Source of the DNA: Pseudomonadota bacterium
GTDB taxonomy: Bacteria; Bdellovibrionota_B; Oligoflexia; Oligoflexales; RGVZ01
DNA length: 64,000 bases
Reading direction: 5' to 3'
Assembly (NCBI GenBank): GCA_041178085.1
Contig: JBEGVZ010000119.1
Location: forward strand, 1 to 64,000
The position numbers and the translations under genes are program-made. The notes under the pieces were generated by a model. That model made no database searches and was not told the DNA's origin. It saw only the letters and a list, made by a program, of their open reading frames with translations. Of this stretch, positions 1 through 8,661 are shown piece after piece. Numbering within the stretch: the stretch's first letter is position 1; every line of letters starts with the position of its first letter.

Positions 1-2475
1 CTTGTCGAGGATCGCGTCTACTTCCACACGCTCCTGTAGCGGGAGAGCATTGCGCACTCCCTCTAGCGCATGAGCTGCGCCGGTTACAGCACCGGCGCCG
101 ATCCCGCGGTAAGCACCTTGCCTCACGGTGAGGAGCTCATGCCGCAATAATCCTGCAACCTCGGCTGCGATGCGCACCTTGAGCGCCTGGCTCGCATATG
201 GTGAAAGCGTAGAAAGGGCATGCGCTGCCGCCGGCAACGCCCGGTAAGAAACCTGACCGGATTGAATCCGGTTAAGTGCTGCGTGTACGGCTTCGTCGGA
301 ACGGTAAGCCGCCAGCGCACGGAAGCATGACGATTCCACAAAACCGTAACGGTCGAGGCAGGAAAATTCCCGCTCAATCGCTGCCAGCAGTGCCGGCTGC
401 CTCTGTGCGCCCAGGCATTCGATCAGGGCGCCACGACAAAGCGGCGGCAACTTTTCGCGAAGGCGGGTCTGGATCACATCGGCAATCCGCTCATCACGGA
501 AAACGCGCGCCGCAGTGGCCAGGGAATTCAGCACGCGGGAATCGGTCTCGCGCGCAAGCCACTGGTAAAGCCCGGCCACACTGGCCTCCGTGTTGCAATC
601 AGCAAAGAATCCAGCGACTTCGCAACGTACGGCCCAGTGGGGTTCACGCGCCATGGCGGTCACCACTGCCTCAACATTTGCCCGCTTGCCAGTCTTCATC
701 AGTTCCTGGGCCGCCAGGATGCGGCCGATGACATCGCGCGCACTGGTGAGCTGGTTCTTCAGCAGATCCTCACCGGGGTTGAATTCCAGCTTGAACAGGG
801 CCCGGCATTTTGGATCGATGCGGACATGATCGGGACGTTTTTCCATCGGGAAAACGAAGTCTTGCTGATCACGTTCAATGACAACCGCCTCAGAGAATTC
901 CTTTGTTTTTCCACCCTCGGAGAAGGTCCAGCCAAAATCCGTCTCGATGGTGAACGGCCTTGCCGCGGGCGACCCCGGTTTTCCGGCTTCGCCAGCCGCC
1001 GCAGCGACCTGCTTTTGCTCGACGGAGAAAGTCCCTTTTTTCGTCGCTTCATCCCACGAAAATGTGACTTTCAAATCCGGATAGCCCTCGCCCAGGATCC
1101 ACTGGTCGAAGAATTTCACTAAAGAACGCCCGGAGTGCTGTTCCAGCTTACGGCGGAAGTCGTCTGTTTCGACCACTTTGCCGTTGTATGTCTTGACGTA
1201 ATCGCGCACGCCGGCCCAGAACGCCTGATCGCCCAGCATGCCGCGAAGCATGTGCAGGCGGCACGCCCCGCCCGGATAAAGGTGCCGGTCATACATTTGC
1301 CAGGATGATTTGAAGCGCCGCGTCACCAGTGGCCGGCGATATTTATCGTCGGCCTCGCTGAAGTAGGCCTGGGCATTTCGCCAGAAATCGGCGAGTGCGT
1401 CGTCCGCACCGTAACGGTCCTCGAGCCAGCATTGTTCCATGTATGTCGCCCACGACTCCTTGAGCCATGCATGAGCAAAATCACGGCAGACAACGCTGTC
1501 ACCGAAAAAACTGTGGGCCATCTCGTGGATATTCACCTGGTCAATGAACCACGCCCACTCGCGGCCGTGCTCCTCGTCGGCGACAAAAATGTCGCTCCAA
1601 CTGACCAGCGAAATGTTCTCCATGGCCCCGCCAAAAGCAGGCAGGGCGAACTGATAATACTTTGGAAAGGGGAACCTGGTATCGAGCTTGCCCGTGATCC
1701 AGCGCAGCATGTCCTTGGTGCGGCCAAAGGATCGCTTCAAATCATCCACCGTGTGGGGTGCCGTCGAAAAGCTGGCAACCGGCAGGCCTTCGAATTCCCC
1801 GTCGTCAGCCTTGATGAAGTCACCGATGGCAAAGCAAATAAGGTAGCTGGGACAGGGTTGCTCAAGGCGCCAGTGGGCCGTCTTGGTGTTGTCACCGTGG
1901 TCCTGTTCGCCGACCAGCGACCCATTGGCCAGGATCGCAAACCGTTTCTCTGCCGTCAGATGGAAATCTATGGTGGTCCGGACGTGGGGCAGGTCGACAC
2001 AGGGGAGCCAGAAACGAGCGCGTTCGGTCTCGTGATCGGTGGCGGCATAAGCTGGCTGCACTTTGGAAGGGTGAGGGGCGGCGTCGAGGGTCGGGTTCAT
2101 AAAGAACAGGCCGGTGACGGGCTTTTCCACCCGGTACACGATTTCGACGCGGCGTTTTTCCCCGCCAGCCCATGCTTTCGCCCAGCGGACGTTAATTTTT
2201 TCACCGTCATAACGCCATGTTATGTCGTGCCCGTCGGGGTCCTTCACCGTCATGTCCTGAAAGGCCACCCCATCCAGAATCAAGCGGTCCGAACCGGCAG
2301 CGCGCGCGACCGCAGTGATGGTCACTGCGCCAGAAGCACTTTGGCCGGTCACGTCGACCTTCAAGTCGATATCCAGGTGGGTGGGTTCGATTTGTTGGTC
2401 CGGGGGGTATTGGTCCTCTGCACCGGGGCCGCTGAAAGCGTCGATCGACAAGTGGCGCAAGCGGTTCAGACACAT
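1..2475 (-). CDS. pepN: M1 family zinc aminopeptidase (PepN-like) with helical C-terminal region; 3' end runs off the window
   Basis: Not in the ORF track, consistent with no stop inside the window. Manual translation from ATG at 2475 (MCLNRLRHL...) gives GGAMEN and HEMAH...WLKESWA (HExxH-x18-E); the same frame is still open at position 1. Confidence 0.88.
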   Translation of the reverse strand, partial: MCLNRLRHLSIDAFSGPGAEDQYPPDQQIEPTHLDIDLKVDVTGQSASGAVTITAVARAAGSDRLILDGVAFQDMTVKDPDGHDITWRYDGEKINVRWAKAWAGGEKRRVEIVYRVEKPVTGLFFMNPTLDAAPHPSKVQPAYAATDHETERARFWLPCVDLPHVRTTIDFHLTAEKRFAILANGSLVGEQDHGDNTKTAHWRLEQPCPSYLICFAIGDFIKADDGEFEGLPVASFSTAPHTVDDLKRSFGRTKDMLRWITGKLDTRFPFPKYYQFALPAFGGAMENISLVSWSDIFVADEEHGREWAWFIDQVNIHEMAHSFFGDSVVCRDFAHAWLKESWATYMEQCWLEDRYGADDALADFWRNAQAYFSEADDKYRRPLVTRRFKSSWQMYDRHLYPGGACRLHMLRGMLGDQAFWAGVRDYVKTYNGKVVETDDFRRKLEQHSGRSLVKFFDQWILGEGYPDLKVTFSWDEATKKGTFSVEQKQVAAAAGEAGKPGSPAARPFTIETDFGWTFSEGGKTKEFSEAVVIERDQQDFVFPMEKRPDHVRIDPKCRALFKLEFNPGEDLLKNQLTSARDVIGRILAAQELMKTGKRANVEAVVTAMAREPHWAVRCEVAGFFADCNTEASVAGLYQWLARETDSRVLNSLATAARVFRDERIADVIQTRLREKLPPLCRGALIECLGAQRQPALLAAIEREFSCLDRYGFVESSCFRALAAYRSDEAVHAALNRIQSGQVSYRALPAAAHALSTLSPYASQALKVRIAAEVAGLLRHELLTVRQGAYRGIGAGAVTGAAHALEGVRNALPLQERVEVDAILDK

Positions 2476-2651
2476 GGCTTAAGACCTCAAGTTTCCGTTG
2501 ACAACTGCCGCCCCCGGCGACATAAGAAGTGGCTCTTCAGGGTGTCGTGTGCCTTCCGGGCTCCCCTTCACTTTGAACAAGCTACTTGATCCGGTTAAGT
2601 TTTTCCATTGTTTGTAGATTGATTTTCTATTGATTTTCTAGGGTTAGCGAC

Positions 2652-2963
2652 ATGTACGCAGTCATCAAAACCAGCGGCCATCAGTTCAAAGTTCAAAAAG
2701 GCGACAAGATTCGCGTCAACCGCCTCAGTGGCAAAGTTGGCGACAAAGTCTCCTTCGACGAGGTTCTCCTGGTCGGCGGTTCCAAAGTTGCTGTTGGCGC
2801 TCCCATGGTCAAGGGCGCTCGCGTGGAAGGCACGATCACCGAGCACACGCACAACGACAAGGTTGTGATCTTTAAATACATGCGTCGCAAAAACTACAAG
2901 CGTACCCGCGGCCACAAGCAAGCCGTGTCGGTGATCGAAATCAACACCATTACCGGCGCCTGA
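2652..2963 (+). CDS. rplU: 50S ribosomal protein L21
   Basis: MYAVIKTSGHQFKV...KYMRRKNYKRTRGHKQ; directly upstream of rpmA. Confidence 0.98.
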   Translation: MYAVIKTSGHQFKVQKGDKIRVNRLSGKVGDKVSFDEVLLVGGSKVAVGAPMVKGARVEGTITEHTHNDKVVIFKYMRRKNYKRTRGHKQAVSVIEINTITGA

Positions 2964-3023
2964 TATCCATCCGGTGAACCCCTGAGGATCACCGCGACGA
3001 ACAGGTGCTGTTGAGGAGCTGTC

Positions 3024-3284
3024 ATGGCACATAAAAAAGCAGGCGGCAGTAGCCGCAACGGTCGTGATTCCAACCCGCAATACCGCGGAATCAAAGTTTA
3101 CGGTGGCGAATCTGTCGTTGCTGGCAACATCATCGTTCGCCAGGTTGGCAGCACGTTCCACGCTGGTCGCAACGTCGGCCGCGGCAAGGACTTCACGCTG
3201 TTTGCCACGGCAGATGGCGTGGTCAAGTTCGAGCGTCTTGGCAAAGACCGTCAAAAGGTTTCTGTCTACCCTGCGCAAGCCTGA
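3024..3284 (+). CDS. rpmA: 50S ribosomal protein L27
   Basis: [16 protein letters not shown] signature; GAGGAG RBS. Confidence 0.98.
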   Translation: MAHKKAGGSSRNGRDSNPQYRGIKVYGGESVVAGNIIVRQVGSTFHAGRNVGRGKDFTLFATADGVVKFERLGKDRQKVSVYPAQA

Positions 3285-3387
3285 TCCGGAAACCGGTCAG
3301 CCGCAATCAAGGCCGCGGGCCTGCATTGATCCACGTGGAAGACACGTCGCAATGCACCCGCGGTTTGTTTTTTGAGACAATTGGACC

Positions 3388-4590
3388 ATGAAGTTTGTCG
3401 ATTCCACTGAGATTCTTATTCGCGCGGGCGATGGTGGCCCGGGCATGGTCAGCTTCAAGACCGCGCGCAATAAACCCAAACTAGGCTGTGATGGCGGCGA
3501 CGGCGGCCACGGCGGAAACGTCATCCTGGTTGGCAATCGCCAGCTCAATACCCTGAGCAGCCTTCGTTATAAGCGAACCTACGAAGCCGGCCACGGGCAG
3601 CGCGGCGGCACCAACAACAAGACTGGTGCCAATGGCGAAGACCTGATCATTCCGGTGCCATTGGGCACGCAGGTTTTTGACGCAGACTCCGGAAAAATGA
3701 CCGGCGAAGTCCTTGGTCATCAGCAGAAGCTCGTCGTCGCAAAAGGCGGCGAACGGGGGCTGGGCAACCAAAGATTCCTGACTTCGACCCATCAGGCTCC
3801 CGAGGAGTTCACGGAAGGCACCAAGGGCGAGACCGCCCACTTGCGTCTTGAACTGAAGCTGTTGGCCGATGTGGGACTTGCAGGGTTTCCCAACGCTGGC
3901 AAATCGACACTGCTTAGCGTCATGAGCGCGGCCAAACCCAAGGTTGCCGACTATCCATTCACGACGCTCGTCCCAAACCTGGGAGTGGTGGAACTCACGG
4001 ACAAGAGTGTCTTCGCGGGCGAATCCTTCGTCATGGCGGATGTGCCAGGGCTGATCGAAGGAGCGTCTGAAGGCAAGGGACTTGGCCATTCCTTTTTGCG
4101 TCACCTCGAACGCACGCAACTGATTGCTTATCTGGTGACTGCGGTAAACGCCGAAGAAATTGCCCCGGTCGACGCCTTGAAAACCTTGCAAGCGGAACTC
4201 GCCAGCTATAGCCCGGAACTCGCTGCTAAACCTGCTTGTGTTGTTCTCAGCAAAACGGATCTGATTGAAGCAGATGACCGCAACCAGGAGATCAAACACC
4301 TGGCAGCACCGATCGAAAAGATGGGACTCGATGTCCTTGCCATCTCATCCGTTGAGCAGGATGGAATAACGGAACTTAAACGCTACCTTTTTGACCGGGT
4401 CACCGCATCCAAGGCCGCACAGCAAGCCGAGGAAGGCGAGGAGACCGTGCTTGACGATTCTGTTCGTGGCAGGCAGACGCGTCGCTGGCTCGATATCCCG
4501 GGGGTTCGCCTGGAATTGACGGCCGACGAGGCCGCCGACATGAAAAAACTGCCGCGCCCTGACCTGCGCACACTGCTTGCCGATGGCTGA
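3388..4590 (+). CDS. obgE: GTPase ObgE/CgtA
   Basis: Gly-rich Obg fold (GGDGGHGG), G1 GFPNAGKST, YPFTT, DVPG, SKTD; conserved rplU-rpmA-obgE order. Confidence 0.97.
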   Translation: MKFVDSTEILIRAGDGGPGMVSFKTARNKPKLGCDGGDGGHGGNVILVGNRQLNTLSSLRYKRTYEAGHGQRGGTNNKTGANGEDLIIPVPLGTQVFDADSGKMTGEVLGHQQKLVVAKGGERGLGNQRFLTSTHQAPEEFTEGTKGETAHLRLELKLLADVGLAGFPNAGKSTLLSVMSAAKPKVADYPFTTLVPNLGVVELTDKSVFAGESFVMADVPGLIEGASEGKGLGHSFLRHLERTQLIAYLVTAVNAEEIAPVDALKTLQAELASYSPELAAKPACVVLSKTDLIEADDRNQEIKHLAAPIEKMGLDVLAISSVEQDGITELKRYLFDRVTASKAAQQAEEGEETVLDDSVRGRQTRRWLDIPGVRLELTADEAADMKKLPRPDLRTLLADG

Positions 4591-5233
4591 TCAGAATCCA
4601 ACTTTGATCATTTTTGGCGGGACTTTTGATCCGCCCCACGCGGGGCATGCAGCCTGTATCATGGCCCTGTGCCACACGTTTCCTTTATCGAAGATCCTGG
4701 TCATCCCAGCTGCGGACCCACCTCCCACACAGCAACTGAAGAAAAAGCCACTTTTGTCTTTTGAAGTGCGCAGTGAGCTTTGTGAGACGTTGATCCGGGA
4801 ACTCGGGGTTGCAGGCGAACGCATAGAGGTCAGCCGGATCGAAGGCACCCTGCCCAAGCCAAATTTTACCGTGAACACCCTGGAGGCTCTGGCCCCGGTC
4901 CTGCAGCAGGCAGGTCAGGGACGCCCTGCCATCACCATCGGAGCGGACCAATTTCAGGCCCTGGATTCGTGGTACCGCCTGGACCGTATCAACGAGATCG
5001 CCGACTTCATCATCATTCCGCGCGGGACAACGCCCATCGTATGGCCCCGGAGTAAAGAAGCTATGCTGGCAAGGCTGTGGACGGTTTCCGTCAAAACCCC
5101 CAATGTGTCCAGCACGGCCATTCGCGAAGCAATGGAAAAAGGCCTTCCGCCGCCAAGGGGAGCCCTGACACCAGCTGTTCTTTCCCGTTTGCAAGAGCTG
5201 GGCGCCAAGGCTATACAGGGCGACACGCGCTAA
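4583..5233 (+). CDS. nadD: Nicotinate-nucleotide adenylyltransferase
   Basis: FGGTFDPPHAGH (HxGH), IGADQ, SSTAIR motifs; ATG at 4583 overlaps the end of obgE. Confidence 0.92.
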   Translation: MADQNPTLIIFGGTFDPPHAGHAACIMALCHTFPLSKILVIPAADPPPTQQLKKKPLLSFEVRSELCETLIRELGVAGERIEVSRIEGTLPKPNFTVNTLEALAPVLQQAGQGRPAITIGADQFQALDSWYRLDRINEIADFIIIPRGTTPIVWPRSKEAMLARLWTVSVKTPNVSSTAIREAMEKGLPPPRGALTPAVLSRLQELGAKAIQGDTR

Positions 5234-5279
5234 GGTCAGCAGGATTGGCCGTTCGCGATAACCTGGAGAGATACCCCAA

Positions 5280-5630
5280 ATGAACGCCAATGAAATCGCT
5301 GCCCTGGCGGCAAAAGCCGCACTCGAAAAGAAGGCAACGAGAATCATCGCCCTCGAATTGCGCGGACTATCAGACCTTTGCGACATCCAGCTCATCTGCT
5401 CTGGCGAAAATGAACGTCAGACCAAAGCAATTGCGGATTCGATTACAGGTCACATCAAGCAAAAGGGTGGCGGAAACCCGGTTGCCGTGGAAGGGCTTCA
5501 GACAGGAAGCTGGGTCCTCATCGATTACGGCTCCGTGATCATCCATGTATTCATGAACGAATACCGCGACTATTACGCGCTTGAAACCCTCTGGCCGACC
5601 GCAAAGGCGATTTCGCTGCCGGGTGTGTAG
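5280..5630 (+). CDS. rsfS: Ribosome silencing factor RsfS (Iojap)
   Basis: WVLIDYGSVIIHVF...RDYYALETLW motif; follows nadD. Confidence 0.95.
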   Translation: MNANEIAALAAKAALEKKATRIIALELRGLSDLCDIQLICSGENERQTKAIADSITGHIKQKGGGNPVAVEGLQTGSWVLIDYGSVIIHVFMNEYRDYYALETLWPTAKAISLPGV

Positions 5631-5752
5631 GTTTCGCAATCCTCTTTAAATACGCTGCTTTGCCTTGATTCCCAATGCCAGCTCAAGCTCCCGGCCTGGC
5701 CGTCCGACACCTCCCTTGTTCGCCGCAGGATTTCCTGGCAACCGGAGGTGTT

Positions 5753-7897
5753 ATGCGTTCAGGGTACAGGGCGTTGCCAGTGGCCGCTCGTCGCGCGACA
5801 AGAACTTCAATCTTTGTATCGATCATTGCAGGCGTGGCTGCCTGCGGACAGACAGGGGAAAGGACCGTCGTCTCCGGGTTACCTGGCGGGCAGAAATCCG
5901 TGGTCTCGAAACCGGTCGACCCGGCCGAAGTCGCACAACTAAGGGAGTCTTTCAACCTGATCAGCGCCAGCGTTCGCACGGAGAATCCTGAAGTCCGCAA
6001 CTCCCGCGCCATCGCAAGGCTGCTGCGGCAACAACGACGCCCTCAAGCCCTTATCGTCCGGACAAAGCCAGAGGCGCTCTCCCTCACCAATCAGCAAAAT
6101 CCAGATACCCCGCTACTCGCAGCAGGCGGAATCGTACAAAAAAGGTTTGTCACCATCCCGGCCCTTCGCGTTGATTTCCCTGACGCCAAAGACGATATCG
6201 ACATGCAAGCCGTCGTCACATTCTTACAAAACAGCCCTCATGTAGCATCGGTGGAACCAGACCTGTACATCAGACCGATTGCCTTACCCAATGACACGCG
6301 CTTCGATGAGCTTTGGGGCCTGAAAAACAATATCGGCGCTGGCCCAGACATCGGAGTGACTCCCGTATGGGGAAAGACGACTGGATCAAAGGACGTTGTG
6401 GTTGGGGTGATTGATTCAGGAGTAGATTACGACCACCCGGACCTGGCAAAAAACATCTGGAACAATCCAGGCGAAACGGGGCTGGATGGCAAGGGTAGCG
6501 ATAAAAGATCCAACGGCATCGACGACGACGCGAACGGTTACATCGACGATTGGCGCGGGTGGGATTTCGTCGACGATGACAATACGCCGAAAGATGAGCA
6601 ATATCACGGCACGCACGTGGCAGGCACAATTGGAGCCGTTGGCAACAACGGTCAAGGAGTTACCGGCGTAAACTGGAAAGTCTCCATTGCCCCCTTGAGG
6701 TTCATGAATTCGCAAGGCGGAGGCTTCCTCAGCGATGCAATTGCTGCGATCGAATACGCAGTCACAATGAAGTTTTTTGCCACCAACAACAGCTGGGGAA
6801 CGAGGGAACCGCCGGACACCCTGCTCGAGGCCGTAAAAAAAACCCGGGATGCCGGCCAACTTTTCATTGTTGCCGCAGGTAACGACGGCCTCAGCAACGA
6901 CCCAGGCAGCATGTATCCGGCCAGCTATCGGTTGGAGAACATGCTTTCCGTTGCCGCCATTGCGGCAGAAGGTTCGCTTGCGTGGTTTTCGAATTTCGGA
7001 CGGGAATCAGTTCACGTCGCAGCACCCGGGGTGGGTATCCTGTCAACGGTGCCGGGAGGAGATTATCGAGTTCTCCGCGGCACATCGATGGCCGCGCCCC
7101 ACGTGACTGGAGCAGCCGCACTCCTGAAAGCCGCTATGCCTTCACTGACAACTTCTGAGATCAAGCGCCGGTTGCTTGCTGCCAGCACGAAATCGACTGC
7201 ACTTTATGACAAGGTCCAGTCGGGCGGAATCATCAACGTCCAGGCGGCACTGAATTACCAGTCAAGCATGGCCGCCTATCCGGAAGTAATTGACCTGCCA
7301 AAATCGATTCGCTTCGGTGCGACCTTAACCACGGACGTTCGGAATCCCTTCGGCGGCAACCTGGTCAATTACCGTTACGGCATTGGACAAGGTATCAATC
7401 CAAACTGCGGCTTGGCGTTGCAGGGCGCGGGAATCAGCGCCCTGGGCCAACCCATCAATCATGATTTCGGAGGCTTTGAGGGTTTTGTCTACCTTTGCAT
7501 CACCGGGATTGATGCCAACGGCGCAGAGGTTCCAAGCCCAAGACCGTCGCAATGGTTGCAAGTCAATGGCACGCCTCCGCAAACACCACACGTGATTTAT
7601 GGAAGTGCGGCCGTCAATCCATCGAACAGACCAACGAGCCGGCAGATACTGATTTCGCGGGTAAAGCGGACTGCGACGTCCGTGCCAGCACCGGCAACTG
7701 TCCAGGCGAGGATCTGCAAGGTTGACGATACAAGCGCTGGCCTGGACCTGGGTTCATGCATGGAGAAAACAGCTACTTTCAAGGACAAGGCTTTGGGGGC
7801 GGGTGTTATATTCACAGGGCTGAGCCGCGGGAATCATGTGCTTGTCGTCAAGCCGCCCTATGGATCAGTTGCGCCTGTACCCTTTACAGTCCAGTAG
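5753..7897 (+). CDS. S8 subtilisin-like serine protease, probable lipoprotein, with C-terminal beta-rich domains
   Basis: Triad VIDSG / HGTHVAG / GTSMAAPH; AAGN oxyanion motif; lipobox-like VAAC; GGAGG RBS before ATG 5753 (the ORF track starts at 5675). Confidence 0.93.
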   Translation: MRSGYRALPVAARRATRTSIFVSIIAGVAACGQTGERTVVSGLPGGQKSVVSKPVDPAEVAQLRESFNLISASVRTENPEVRNSRAIARLLRQQRRPQALIVRTKPEALSLTNQQNPDTPLLAAGGIVQKRFVTIPALRVDFPDAKDDIDMQAVVTFLQNSPHVASVEPDLYIRPIALPNDTRFDELWGLKNNIGAGPDIGVTPVWGKTTGSKDVVVGVIDSGVDYDHPDLAKNIWNNPGETGLDGKGSDKRSNGIDDDANGYIDDWRGWDFVDDDNTPKDEQYHGTHVAGTIGAVGNNGQGVTGVNWKVSIAPLRFMNSQGGGFLSDAIAAIEYAVTMKFFATNNSWGTREPPDTLLEAVKKTRDAGQLFIVAAGNDGLSNDPGSMYPASYRLENMLSVAAIAAEGSLAWFSNFGRESVHVAAPGVGILSTVPGGDYRVLRGTSMAAPHVTGAAALLKAAMPSLTTSEIKRRLLAASTKSTALYDKVQSGGIINVQAALNYQSSMAAYPEVIDLPKSIRFGATLTTDVRNPFGGNLVNYRYGIGQGINPNCGLALQGAGISALGQPINHDFGGFEGFVYLCITGIDANGAEVPSPRPSQWLQVNGTPPQTPHVIYGSAAVNPSNRPTSRQILISRVKRTATSVPAPATVQARICKVDDTSAGLDLGSCMEKTATFKDKALGAGVIFTGLSRGNHVLVVKPPYGSVAPVPFTVQ

Positions 7898-7938
7898 GTG
7901 ACAAACCACTGTAACCGTTATAATTCGCTCTTTGACGA

Positions 7939-8400
7939 ATGTCCCTGGACACACTTTATCGCGAAGGAGTTCCCCTGAAAATCATCCTGGTCAAACAGGG
8001 AAAGGTGGTACTGCCGGGCATTCGTGACCTTTGCAGCATGTACGAAACGCGGCTGAAACGGTTCTACGACATCGAATCCGTGGAGCAAAAATCCACCAGC
8101 CAAAAATCTGCCGCAAAGGCCGGAACCATCACGATCGCCCTGGATGAGCACGGGAAGCAATGGAATACGAAGGAACTTGCAGCAAAGATTCAGGATTGGA
8201 CGGACGATCCACGAATAAAAACTCTGCGCTTCGTCGTCGGTGATGCACACGGACTTTCGCAGGATATCCGCGACACCGCTGATTTTACCTGGGCGATATC
8301 AAAGCTGACCCTGCAAGGGGATCTGGCTTGGCTTCTTTTGTGGGAACAGGTTTATCGCGCCATTACCCTGAACAAGGGAATCCCCTACCACCACGAATGA
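7939..8400 (+). CDS. rlmH: 23S rRNA pseudouridine-1915 N3-methyltransferase RlmH
   Basis: IALDEHGK, FVVGDAHG, EQVYRAITLNKGIPYHHE (SPOUT RlmH C-terminus). True start may be at 7975. Confidence 0.92.
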   Translation: MSLDTLYREGVPLKIILVKQGKVVLPGIRDLCSMYETRLKRFYDIESVEQKSTSQKSAAKAGTITIALDEHGKQWNTKELAAKIQDWTDDPRIKTLRFVVGDAHGLSQDIRDTADFTWAISKLTLQGDLAWLLLWEQVYRAITLNKGIPYHHE

Positions 8401-8661
8401 CTGGGCCGAAACCGGGAAGCGAGCACGGCGACCATTATTGCCGGATTCACCAGAGCCCAAATCACTTCCAACCCAAAAAATTTTCACATCATGCCACTGC
8501 TTTTGACGTGAAAAAGGCATCTTTCACTTGGACGAGATCCCTGGAAGCAACGGGCCCAATGATTGAAGATCCGGGATGGAAGCAAACTTATTTCAGAAAA
8601 TGACAAATTATGTCAGGCCTTGTGGCCATGACTTCCCTGCAACCCGGCCGAAACAGGCGAA

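Noticed and set aside
2498..2526. sigma70 promoter for rplU (TTGACA-17-CATAAG)
   Set aside because: Perfect -35 but weak -10; plausible, yet not supportable without TSS data.
276..2589. Plus-strand ORFs such as 637-1122 and 1432-2589
   Set aside because: Antisense shadows of the minus-strand M1 aminopeptidase that the ORF track missed.
2595..5395. Long minus-strand ORFs (2595-3278, 3481-4299, 4685-5395)
   Set aside because: Antisense to rplU/rpmA, obgE and nadD; no motifs; expected in GC-rich DNA.
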